Positions 1-8,147 of a DNA stretch of 64,000 nt are shown here, in pieces. The translations under genes and the position numbers were made by a program. The stretch's first letter is position 1; every line of letters begins with the position of its first letter. The stretch is taken from positions 20,783 to 84,782 of the forward strand of contig JAKIWG010000004.1 in NCBI GenBank assembly GCA_022750155.1. Reading direction: 5' to 3'. The notes beneath the pieces are model-generated. The model was not told where the DNA came from and did no database searches. It saw only the letters and a program-made list of their open reading frames with translations. The DNA is from Thermoplasmata archaeon. GTDB taxonomy: Archaea; Thermoplasmatota; Thermoplasmata; Lutacidiplasmatales; UBA184.

Positions 1-371
1 AGACCTGGGTCGTCCTCGGGCGCCCGGACCCCGCGCAGCTCGCCGCCTGGACCGCGGCCAAGGCGAACCCCCTGGAGGACGGCGTGATCGGCGGGGTGAC
101 TGGAGCGTTGCTGGTGATGGCGATCGCGCGCGGACCGCCGGTCGCGTCGATCCTGGTGAGCGCGGAGGCGACCGAGGGGGTACCCGACCACCGGGCCGGA
201 GCCGCGCTGATCGAGACCCTCGACCGCTTCCTCCCGCAGCTGGCGATCGACACGGCGCCGTTGCGGACCCAGGCCGAGCTGATCGAGAAGGCGCTTCGCC
301 AGGCGATCCGCAGCCGCGCGAAGGTGAGCGACGAACCGCGACCGGGGCCCGCGCCGAGTATCTACCAGTAG
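1..371 (+). CDS. PAC2-family proteasome assembly chaperone (PbaA/PbaB-like), C-terminal part; 5' end lies outside the window
   Basis: Frame 3 is open from base 3 to TAG at 369-371. 'GGVTGALLVMAIARGPP..SILVSAEATEG' resembles archaeal PAC2 chaperones. The protein ends in I-Y-Q, a hydrophobic-Tyr-X (HbYX) proteasome-docking tail. Confidence 0.65.
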   Translation, partial: TWVVLGRPDPAQLAAWTAAKANPLEDGVIGGVTGALLVMAIARGPPVASILVSAEATEGVPDHRAGAALIETLDRFLPQLAIDTAPLRTQAELIEKALRQAIRSRAKVSDEPRPGPAPSIYQ

Positions 372-379
372 GTGGGGGC

Positions 380-568
380 TCAGGAGCCGCCGGACGGGGC
401 AGGGCCGAACGTCTCGTTGTAAGTGAGCAGGTACATCCCACCCCCGATCATCACGACGAGCAGGCACAGGATCACGAGGGGGTTGGAGGAGAACTTCGCC
501 ACGTCCACGACGACCAGCGCGAGGGGCGCGGCGATCGTCAGAAGGACCGTGAGCAGACGGCCGTCCAT
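380..568 (-). CDS. 62-aa two-TM membrane miniprotein, last gene of the RHH/FtsZ-like operon
   Basis: ATG start. Two hydrophobic helices (LLTVLLTIAAPLALVVV; LVILCLLVVMIGGGMYLL). Codon third positions are almost all G/C, as in confirmed genes here. It lies 78 bp downstream of the FtsZ-like gene on the same strand. Confidence 0.6.
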   Translation of the reverse strand: MDGRLLTVLLTIAAPLALVVVDVAKFSSNPLVILCLLVVMIGGGMYLLTYNETFGPAPSGGS

Positions 569-646
569 CGAGGCACCGGACTCGCGGTGCCTCTTAACGG
601 TACCCGGAGGCGGCGCGGGCGCTTCGAGGAGAGGCGCCCGTTCGGC

Positions 647-1576
647 CTAGGGAAGGGGCGAGAGCCTCGGCACGCTCTCCACTTCGAACGTCAGCTCCGC
701 GTCGTCGCCGTACCCGAAGAACGCCGGGGCGAACGCCGTGAGGGGCGCGAGGTTGGGGATCGGCCCCGGGACGGTGGGTTCGAGTCGCTCGGGCTCCTGG
801 ACCGGGATCGGCCGCTCGAAGTGGATCGGCGCGAACGTGCCTACGCGGGACCGGCGGGTCGCCTCGAGCGCCGCCTCGGCGGGTACCAGGAACGTATCCT
901 CCACGTGAGAGGCGACCAGGTCCGCCCAGTGTCGGTCGAGCTGGGTGAACGCGAGGGTCGGTTGGCTCCGCGCGACCGCCTGATTGTCCAGGACCTCGAG
1001 CGTCGCGAGTCCCTGGTGCTGCTTGTCGACGAACGCGTCGACGAAGTGCAGGCGAGCGATGGCGCGCTCGGCCATCGCACGGCGCTCGGGCTCACATGCG
1101 AAGGGCTTGATCACGAAGAGCGAGACGACCTCAGAGGACCGCGCCGCCGCCCGCAGGACGACCGGCAACGCGCCCGTGCCCGCTCCGCCCCCCAGGCTGG
1201 CCAGGATCGTGACGAATGGAGCGCCCTCGAACAGGCGGTGCAGCGCCGGTTCCGCGGCCCGTGCGAGGATGCCCCCGACGAGTGCGGAGCCTCCGGTGTC
1301 GCCTTCGACCCCCGTCTCCGGTCCGAGGCACACCTGGCGGTCGAACTCTTCGGCGCCCTGCACGCGGGTGTCGCAGTTGATCGCGACCGTCTCCAGGTAG
1401 CGGGTGTGGCGACGGGCGATACGGGCGCCGATGCGAATGGCTCCGCCGCCGACGCAGACCAGGAGGAATCGAATGTCGTGGCCGAGGGCCAGGTCGTGGG
1501 CGATCGCCCCTCCCGCCTCGTCTACGCTTCCGGTCGCCCGATCGGGAATCCGCTCATCTCTTTCGGCTTCGTGCAT
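647..1576 (-). CDS. Divergent FtsZ/tubulin-superfamily GTPase lacking the canonical C-terminal domain
   Basis: Motifs VCVGGGAIRIGARIA (G-box), AINCDTRV (cf. FtsZ AxNTDxQ), SLGGGAGTGALP (tubulin signature GGGTG[TS]G variant), FVIKPFACEPERR (cf. VTKPFxFEGxxR) and QLDRHWADLV (T7-like). Only about 90 Pro/Glu-rich residues follow the GTPase domain. Confidence 0.8.
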   Translation of the reverse strand: MHEAERDERIPDRATGSVDEAGGAIAHDLALGHDIRFLLVCVGGGAIRIGARIARRHTRYLETVAINCDTRVQGAEEFDRQVCLGPETGVEGDTGGSALVGGILARAAEPALHRLFEGAPFVTILASLGGGAGTGALPVVLRAAARSSEVVSLFVIKPFACEPERRAMAERAIARLHFVDAFVDKQHQGLATLEVLDNQAVARSQPTLAFTQLDRHWADLVASHVEDTFLVPAEAALEATRRSRVGTFAPIHFERPIPVQEPERLEPTVPGPIPNLAPLTAFAPAFFGYGDDAELTFEVESVPRLSPLP

Positions 1577-1620
1577 CGCACCAACCCCCCCTTTTGCCGT
1601 GTCCGACCGAGCTCCCGTGG

Positions 1621-2124
1621 CTATCGGCCGAGGACCCCCTTCTTTGCGAGGTCTTCCCCGCTCCGTCTCAAAGCCCCCAGCTGCACCCGCGTCTCGGCGG
1701 CCTCATGCGCCGCGAGGCGGTGCCGCTCGACGAGCTCGGAGACCTTGAGCTCCAACTCCCCGCGTCGGACGAGATCGGCCAGGACGTCACCGATGTCCCG
1801 ACCGTTGCCGACGAGGGTTCCGTAGGCGCCCAGGGTCTCGACCTCCTCCGCGCGAAGACGGACCGGGACCTCGACGAGGCCCGATGGCGCTTCCTTCGCG
1901 GGAGGGGCGACGGCCGACATGGCCCGCGCTCGGAGGAATTCCCGCAACGCCGCCCGCATCAGCTCCGACCGGCTCCGGAACTCTCCGCTGACGACGAACG
2001 AGTCCAGGAGCTGGAGCTCCTTGCGGGCGCACCGTAGGGCGATGCGCTCTTCCTCCGGTCCGACCGTGGAGCCTGCCGACGATGCAGGTTCCAGTGGGTC
2101 GGTACGCCGGGATTTGTCGAACAC
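1621..2124 (-). CDS. Ribbon-helix-helix (CopG/NikR-type) DNA-binding protein with a C-terminal helical extension
   Basis: 'RIALRCARKELQLLDSFVVSGEFRSRSELMRAALREFL' is a typical RHH beta-alpha-alpha unit. The gene sits directly upstream (44-bp gap) of the FtsZ-like gene on the same strand. Confidence 0.7.
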   Translation of the reverse strand: MFDKSRRTDPLEPASSAGSTVGPEEERIALRCARKELQLLDSFVVSGEFRSRSELMRAALREFLRARAMSAVAPPAKEAPSGLVEVPVRLRAEEVETLGAYGTLVGNGRDIGDVLADLVRRGELELKVSELVERHRLAAHEAAETRVQLGALRRSGEDLAKKGVLGR

Positions 2125-2312
2125 GACTGGGGCGAGCTATGCAAAATTCGTATACTTATACCCATGGCTAGTGCCGTGGGGTGAACGAAAATTCCGTGTC
2201 GTCGAAGCCCCGGTTGACGTGTCGAACAAATCTCACACGGCCCGGTACGGGTGGGGTTCGGATCGAAGCGGCAGTATAACCGCCCGACGGAACGAGGCGA
2301 AATCTTGCATTG

Positions 2313-2326
2313 GCGCACGCGTGCGC
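2313..2326. promoter_or_regulatory. Perfect 14-bp palindrome GCGCACGCGTGCGC in the divergent control region
   Basis: Read directly from the sequence; all 7 pairs are complementary. It lies between the RHH operon (start 2124) and the pilin-like gene (start 2446/2476), in the AT-richest part of this region. Confidence 0.35.
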
Positions 2327-2445
2327 ATTCATACAGTCCACGTCTCCCCCGCCACCCTCTTCCGACCCGGCGGCGCCAACGTTCAAATACGCGGCCCGAG
2401 CATGAATAGTAGTACGCCTGCCGCCGAACGCCGCTCGAGGAGGAA

Positions 2446-4671
2446 TTGACCATTTACGCAACCGCACGACCCCACATGAGCCGCCGCACGTTCCGACCGG
2501 ACCCTCGGCGCCGCAACGGGAGGGCCGTCTCCGACGTCGTCGGAACGATCCTGCTGCTGGCCCTCACGGTCACCCTCTTCGCATCGATTTTCTTCTTCGT
2601 CAATACGTTCCCCCGGCCGCCGCCCCAGCCGGCGAACCAGTTCCAGGCTCAGCTCGTCTACGGCGGGGCCCTCGGACACTCCATCCTCTGGGTCCGTATC
2701 ACCCACCTCGCGGGCCCCACGCTCTCGGGCCACACCGTGCTGATCTATCTCGGCTCGTCCGCCCACCCCACGCGGTTCACCGGGCCCTACGACATCGGCG
2801 CCGGCCTCAACCACTCCTACATCTGGAATCTCGGTCAGACCTGGTCGCTCAACATCACCAACAAGACCCTCGCCGTCCCGGACAACATCACTGTCTCGAT
2901 CGTCACCCCGACGTCGCTGCTGTTCCGGGCGACCCTACCGGGGAACAACCCGAACCTGCCCCCGGAGTTCGCCAACGTCGGAACGATCCCGATCGGCCCT
3001 GGGATCGGGCAGGGGTTCACCGTTTACGCCCAGATCCTCGACAGCAACCTCAACGTCAACTCGGTGTTCATCAACGTTAGCGAGCTACCAGGGCTCTCAG
3101 GAAGCGGCACAGTCCAGATGACCGCCCCGGGGACCAACGGGCTGTGGACCTACGCCGTGGCCAACGGAGCGACGACCAGCGCCGGGACGTTCTACCTCTT
3201 CGTCAATGCGACGGATAGCTCGGGGGCCCCCAACTCCATCGCGATCCCCGTGACGATCGAATCCGGCACGGTCACTCAGGCCAATGTCGCGCTATCGGCC
3301 AACCCGTCGGCCCCGGTGATCAACACGGCGACGAGCCTCTCGGCCTACGTGACGAACCCCGGCAGCAGCGGAGGTGCCGTGACGGCGACGTTCCAGGCCG
3401 CCGGCAAGACCGTAGGCACCGCCTCCGGGAGCCTCGGAGCGGGCGCCAGCGGCTCCTTCACGACCTCCTGGACGCCGGTGAAGCCGGGCACGGTGCTGCT
3501 CTCGGTGGTCGCCAACGTCTCCGGGGGCGGGTCGGTCTCGGGCACGCTCAACCTGACCGTGTGGCCCAAGATCGAGCTCGTGGCGCACAACGTGGTCTCG
3601 GGGAGCCTCGCGAACAACGAAAGCGCCCTCCTGGCCGGCGAGCTGACCGCGGCGGGCGTGCCGTTCACGACCGCCTTCGTGCCGTGCACCAGCGGTCTGC
3701 CGAACAGCGGCGCGACTAACATCGGTTCGTTCAACATCACGATCATCGACTTCGGCAGCGCCTCGAGCGGTAGCTGCACGTCCGCGCCCACCGCCGCCGA
3801 ACAGAACAAGATCACCGCCGCCGCGAGCACCAGCTTCTGGATCGTGGGGGCCACGGCCTTCGCCGCGCTCCCCTGCAACTCCTACCAGTCGGCGTTCTAC
3901 GCGCTGTTCAACATCAAGTTCACCGCGGGCTCCACGTGCATCACCGCCGGGGCGGCGTCCACGGGCGCCTCCTGGACGACCACCGTCGCCTCCGGGTTCC
4001 GCGGCGACGGCGGGGCGAACTGGGCCGGCACCCTCGCGATCAACCAGACCCTCCTGGGGTCGAACTCCTACCGACCGTACAACTACTTCTCCCTCGGCGT
4101 GACCACGGCGAGCTCCTCGTTCCTGAAGACCGCCGGCGGCAAGACGCTCGGGGCGTGGAAGACGAACGGCAACATCCACGACGTGGCGATGGCTACCGAC
4201 CCGGCGCTGCTCGTCGACAACCTCCCCACCGCCCAGGCGTGGGGGGCGGGCGACCCGGGCACGGCGGCGACGTACAACATCATCAACTACATGGCGGGAT
4301 TCGCCAGCTCGACCGCCCCCGGGCGCGCGCTGCTCGACTTTGGGCTCAGCGGGGTGGCCGTCGTGGGGGTCAACCATGCGTCGGCCACGACGTTCTACGT
4401 CTCCGTGCGGTCGAACGGCGCGGTCGGTGGGGTCATCGCGGTCCAGCTCCTCGTGAGCGGCAGTTACGCATACTTTGGCGGGGTCCCCGTCTCCTCGACC
4501 GTGAGCCTCACGGGCGGCGGGACCACCCAGTGGGTGACCCTCGTGTGGCAGGCCCCCGCTGCGGGAACCTACACCTTCTCTCTTCTCCTCGTCCCGCAGA
4601 CGGGGGACCTGTTCAGCCCGAATAACAGCCTTCCGATCCTCGTGACGAACCAGGGGACCGCGGTCGCTTGA
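2446..4671 (+). CDS. Large secreted protein with archaeal class III (type IV pilin-like, DUF1628-type) signal peptide and CARDB-like domains
   Basis: The N-terminus 'RRNGRAVSDVVGTILLLALTVTLFASIFFFV' matches the archaeal pilin/archaellin-type signal. The rest is S/T/G/A-rich with many N-x-S/T sequons and CARDB-like segments (NPGSSGGAVTATFQAAGK...). Alternative ATG at 2476. Confidence 0.8.
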   Translation: MTIYATARPHMSRRTFRPDPRRRNGRAVSDVVGTILLLALTVTLFASIFFFVNTFPRPPPQPANQFQAQLVYGGALGHSILWVRITHLAGPTLSGHTVLIYLGSSAHPTRFTGPYDIGAGLNHSYIWNLGQTWSLNITNKTLAVPDNITVSIVTPTSLLFRATLPGNNPNLPPEFANVGTIPIGPGIGQGFTVYAQILDSNLNVNSVFINVSELPGLSGSGTVQMTAPGTNGLWTYAVANGATTSAGTFYLFVNATDSSGAPNSIAIPVTIESGTVTQANVALSANPSAPVINTATSLSAYVTNPGSSGGAVTATFQAAGKTVGTASGSLGAGASGSFTTSWTPVKPGTVLLSVVANVSGGGSVSGTLNLTVWPKIELVAHNVVSGSLANNESALLAGELTAAGVPFTTAFVPCTSGLPNSGATNIGSFNITIIDFGSASSGSCTSAPTAAEQNKITAAASTSFWIVGATAFAALPCNSYQSAFYALFNIKFTAGSTCITAGAASTGASWTTTVASGFRGDGGANWAGTLAINQTLLGSNSYRPYNYFSLGVTTASSSFLKTAGGKTLGAWKTNGNIHDVAMATDPALLVDNLPTAQAWGAGDPGTAATYNIINYMAGFASSTAPGRALLDFGLSGVAVVGVNHASATTFYVSVRSNGAVGGVIAVQLLVSGSYAYFGGVPVSSTVSLTGGGTTQWVTLVWQAPAAGTYTFSLLLVPQTGDLFSPNNSLPILVTNQGTAVA

Positions 4672-4707
4672 CCCGGCGGAGCGGCGCGCCGGACCGGCTC
4701 CGTCCCC

Positions 4708-5775
4708 CTACGGGAGCGGGGCGGGCGCCGATGGGGCCGTGAGCGATGCCCCGCACTTCCAGCAGGTGGCCTCGTTCGGGTACACCACGGCCTTGCAGTT
4801 GGGGCAGGTCAATTCGGCGGCGCCCCCGGTCGCCGAGGCGCTCCGGGCCGGGGGTGCGCCCGGTCGGGTCGCCGACCCCCCGGGCAGCGGTCCGGGGATG
4901 CTGTCGCGCTCCCGTTGACGGCGCGCCTCCCGGCTCTTGAAGAACGCGTAGACGAGCAGCGCGAAGAAGTAGACCAGCCCGGCGTACCCGAAGAAGGCGA
5001 GGTACACCGCCGGCAGCACGTACTCGTAGGTGCTGAGGAAATTGCCCGTCACCGGACCCTGGACCGCGCCGTAGCCGTTCCCGGGGTCGACGAAGATCCA
5101 CGTCAGGTTCTGGTTGGAAAGGTTACGGACCGCGCCGGCCATCTGCCACCACCAGATGTTGTCGCCCGGAAGCGTGACCGAGAAGCTCACCGAGGACGGC
5201 GTCGGGGTGGCATTTCCGAGCGTGTCGTTCTGCTGGAAGAACGCGTAGCCCGATTGGCAGTTCTGGGACGAATTGGAGGTCGCCCCGGGGCAGGTGCTGA
5301 CCCACAGGGTGACCCACAAGAGCGGCGAGTCGCCCCTGGGGACGTACTGCGGGTACAGCTGGGCCGTGAAGTTGAACCGGCTGCCTGCGGGGGCGTTGAA
5401 CGGGTGGACCACCGCGTTCTGGATGACCGCGCTGCCGTTGCCGTAGGGGAGGAAGGCCGCCGAGCCGACCGCGGGCGACGGTTGGAGCAACGCGCTCGCC
5501 TCCAGGGGGGCGGTCAGGGGGGCCGCGATGAGCAACGCGATCAATCCCGCGAGGGCCAGCTGGCGGGGCCGCTTCCACCCGAGATAGATCGGGACCAGCA
5601 TCCCGAAGACGAGGAAGGTGGGGACCGTGAGGTAGGGGCCGAGGTACAGGAACGCCCCGATCAGGGTGGCCGTCATGAGGCCGATCAGGGCGACTTTACC
5701 GGCGGTGGTCGCCGCGAAAGCCTTAACGCCGCCCCAACTCTGCACGGGCGGGAAGAGGCGAGCGACGCACCCCAT
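4708..5775 (-). CDS. Membrane protein with sequon-rich ectodomain and cytoplasmic C-terminal zinc ribbon
   Basis: An internal ATG of the 536-aa ORF was chosen because the upstream part is antisense to apgM. N-terminal TM helices, a late TM helix (LVYFFALLVYAFF), then TCPNCKAVVYPNEATCWKCG. Alternative start at 5676. Confidence 0.7.
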   Translation of the reverse strand: MGCVARLFPPVQSWGGVKAFAATTAGKVALIGLMTATLIGAFLYLGPYLTVPTFLVFGMLVPIYLGWKRPRQLALAGLIALLIAAPLTAPLEASALLQPSPAVGSAAFLPYGNGSAVIQNAVVHPFNAPAGSRFNFTAQLYPQYVPRGDSPLLWVTLWVSTCPGATSNSSQNCQSGYAFFQQNDTLGNATPTPSSVSFSVTLPGDNIWWWQMAGAVRNLSNQNLTWIFVDPGNGYGAVQGPVTGNFLSTYEYVLPAVYLAFFGYAGLVYFFALLVYAFFKSREARRQRERDSIPGPLPGGSATRPGAPPARSASATGGAAELTCPNCKAVVYPNEATCWKCGASLTAPSAPAPLP

Positions 5776-5782
5776 ATAAGGA

Positions 5783-7111
5783 ATGAGGCAAGATTCGCTC
5801 GCGCCACCGCCGGTGCGCACCGCGTTGGTGATTCTCGACGGGTTGGGCGACCGGCCGCACCCGGATACCGGCGGGGTCTCCCCCGTCGAAGCGGCCCGAA
5901 CCCCGCACCTGGACCAGTTGTGCCGGGACGGCCGGATGGGGGATGTGGTGCTCGTCGGTCCGGGGATCGCTCCCGAGTCGGATGCCGGGGTGCTCGCTCT
6001 GTTGGGATACGACCCCGTCCACGATTCCCCGGGGCGGGGGGTCCTCGAGGCGGTCGGCGTCGGGGTCTCTCTCGAGCCGGGCGACGTCGCCATGCGCCTG
6101 AATTTCGCCACCTCGGACGGCTCCGGGGTGATCCGCGACGCCCGCGTGGGCCGCAACCTGACCACCACGGAGGCCGAGCGGCTGGCCGCCGAGCTCACCG
6201 GCGCCGACCTGCTGAACGACCTCGGCATCCAGGCGGAGGTCCGCGCGACCGTCGGACACCGTGGGGTGCTCTGGCTCCACCCGCGGAGCGGGGGCCGGCT
6301 CTCCCCCGAGGTCACCAACTCCGATCCGTTCTACGAGAAGGTCGGAGGGATGGGCCAGGCTCGCCGACCGATCGACGGCCGCCCGCTCGCCGTCGCCGCG
6401 ACGGACCCGACGCCCGAAGCGAGGCGCACCGCCGGGGCGGTCAATGAGTTCCTCCGACGGAGCGAGGGGGTCCTCGCCGGAAGCAGTGTCAACGCGCGGA
6501 GGGCGGTCTCCGGAAAGCTCCTCGCCAACACGATCCTGCTCCGTAACGCCGGTTCCCTCCCCGACCCCCCGATGCAGCCGTTCGCCGCGCGAACCGGTTT
6601 CGACGGGGCCGCGGTGACCGAGATGCCCGTGGAGCGCGGGATCGCGCGGCTCCTCGGCCTTACTGACCTCTACGTGGGCCCCATGGGCCTAGACCGGGAC
6701 CGGTCGCTCGGCGAGCGGGCGGAGGTCACGCGCAAGGCGCTTTCGGAGCACTCATTCGTGTACGTCCACCTGAAGGGACCCGACGAGCCCGGACACGACG
6801 GTCAGGCGCTCCTGAAGAAGGAGATCATCGAGTCGCTCGACCGCGCGTTCTTCGGCCCGTTCCTGGAAGCGTTGGACTGGTCCACGACCCGACTGATCGT
6901 CACCGCGGACCACGCCACGCCCTGCGTTCTCCGGGGTCACTCCGACGACCCGGTTCCGCTCGTGCTGAGGGGCGCTGGGGTCGCTCCCGACCCCTCCAGC
7001 GGGGCCGCGGCCCCCAAGTTCAGCGAGCGGTCGGCAGGGCTCGGTTCGTTAGGCCACCTCCGCGGCCTCGACGTGCTCGGCCTGCTGGGCTCGCGTGCCC
7101 CTCCCCGATGA
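5783..7111 (+). CDS. apgM: 2,3-bisphosphoglycerate-independent phosphoglycerate mutase, archaeal type
   Basis: Motifs ILDGLGDRP, VHLKGPDEPGHDG and VTADHATPC are typical of archaeal ApgM. Length 442 aa. A possible alternative GTG start is at 5813. Confidence 0.9.
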   Translation: MRQDSLAPPPVRTALVILDGLGDRPHPDTGGVSPVEAARTPHLDQLCRDGRMGDVVLVGPGIAPESDAGVLALLGYDPVHDSPGRGVLEAVGVGVSLEPGDVAMRLNFATSDGSGVIRDARVGRNLTTTEAERLAAELTGADLLNDLGIQAEVRATVGHRGVLWLHPRSGGRLSPEVTNSDPFYEKVGGMGQARRPIDGRPLAVAATDPTPEARRTAGAVNEFLRRSEGVLAGSSVNARRAVSGKLLANTILLRNAGSLPDPPMQPFAARTGFDGAAVTEMPVERGIARLLGLTDLYVGPMGLDRDRSLGERAEVTRKALSEHSFVYVHLKGPDEPGHDGQALLKKEIIESLDRAFFGPFLEALDWSTTRLIVTADHATPCVLRGHSDDPVPLVLRGAGVAPDPSSGAAAPKFSERSAGLGSLGHLRGLDVLGLLGSRAPPR

Positions 7112-8133
7112 AGAGTCCCGCCGTCCGGGTGGGTCCGGCGGACGCGGAAGCGCTGCGGCAGTGGCTCCGCGGCGAGGGGCTGCTCCGCTCGGACCTCCGC
7201 GTAGCCCACCGGGACGGGGACGTCGTGTTTCCCGTGACCGGCGTCCCGCCGCACCTCCCGGCCACCGCCCGCGGGTCCGAGGAGGAGTTCGCCCCGTCCG
7301 CCACCCGAGCGGCGGGCGGCTATCGGGAGCTTGCCGGCCTGCCGGAAGCGGAGGCGGCGCGGCTCCCCCGGGCGTTCGATGTCGTGGGCGACGTCGTCCT
7401 GGTCCGCATCCCCACCGAGCTCGCACCGAGGGCCGAGGCGATCGGGGAGGCGCTGTTGAGGTTCGTCCCCTCGGCACGACTCGTCGCGTGGGATCAGGGG
7501 GTCCACGGGACCGACCGGGTCCGCCGACTGGTTCGGATCGCGGGGGGCGGAGAGTTCCGCACCCGGCACCGCGAGAACGGACTCGAGATCGAAGTGGACC
7601 CATCCCGCGCGTATTTCTCCCCCCGGCTGGCTCGGGAGCACGCCCTCGTGGCCGGGGCGGTGCGCCCCGGCGAGCGGTTCTCCGACCTGTGCTGCGGGGT
7701 CGGCCCGTTCTCGATGCACGTAGCCCGTGACGGCCGGGCCGCCTCGATCGTGGCGGTCGATGGAAACCCGGAGGCCACCTCGCTGCTCGAGCAGAATCTC
7801 CGGAGAATGGGTCTCCGCGATCGGGTCGAAGTGCGGACGTCGCGGCTCGAGGAGTTCCTACCGGGCTCCGGGGTCTCAGACCGAGTCGTACTGAACCTTC
7901 CCCACGAAGGAATTAAGTACATTACCTCGGTGGGCGCGACGGTGGCGCGGGGGGGAACGCTCCACTATTTTGAAGTGACCCGTCGGGCCGAGAGGGATTC
8001 CCGAGGCACGGAGCTGGTCAAGATGCTGGAACCGAACGGGGTCTGGTCAGTGGCGGAGCACCATGTGGTCCACCCGTACGCCCCCGACGCCGACGTCGTC
8101 GCGTGGACCCTGGTGCGGTCCCGCGCGCCCTGA
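7108..8133 (+). CDS. trm5: tRNA (guanine37-N1)-methyltransferase Trm5 / Met-10+-like class I SAM methyltransferase
   Basis: FDVVGDVVLVRIPTEL (Met-10+ domain), the SAM motif DLCCGVGPFS and VLNLPHEG (NLP motif). ATGA overlap with the apgM stop. Confidence 0.8.
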   Translation: MKSPAVRVGPADAEALRQWLRGEGLLRSDLRVAHRDGDVVFPVTGVPPHLPATARGSEEEFAPSATRAAGGYRELAGLPEAEAARLPRAFDVVGDVVLVRIPTELAPRAEAIGEALLRFVPSARLVAWDQGVHGTDRVRRLVRIAGGGEFRTRHRENGLEIEVDPSRAYFSPRLAREHALVAGAVRPGERFSDLCCGVGPFSMHVARDGRAASIVAVDGNPEATSLLEQNLRRMGLRDRVEVRTSRLEEFLPGSGVSDRVVLNLPHEGIKYITSVGATVARGGTLHYFEVTRRAERDSRGTELVKMLEPNGVWSVAEHHVVHPYAPDADVVAWTLVRSRAP

Positions 8134-8147
8134 CGGAGGGCACTGCG

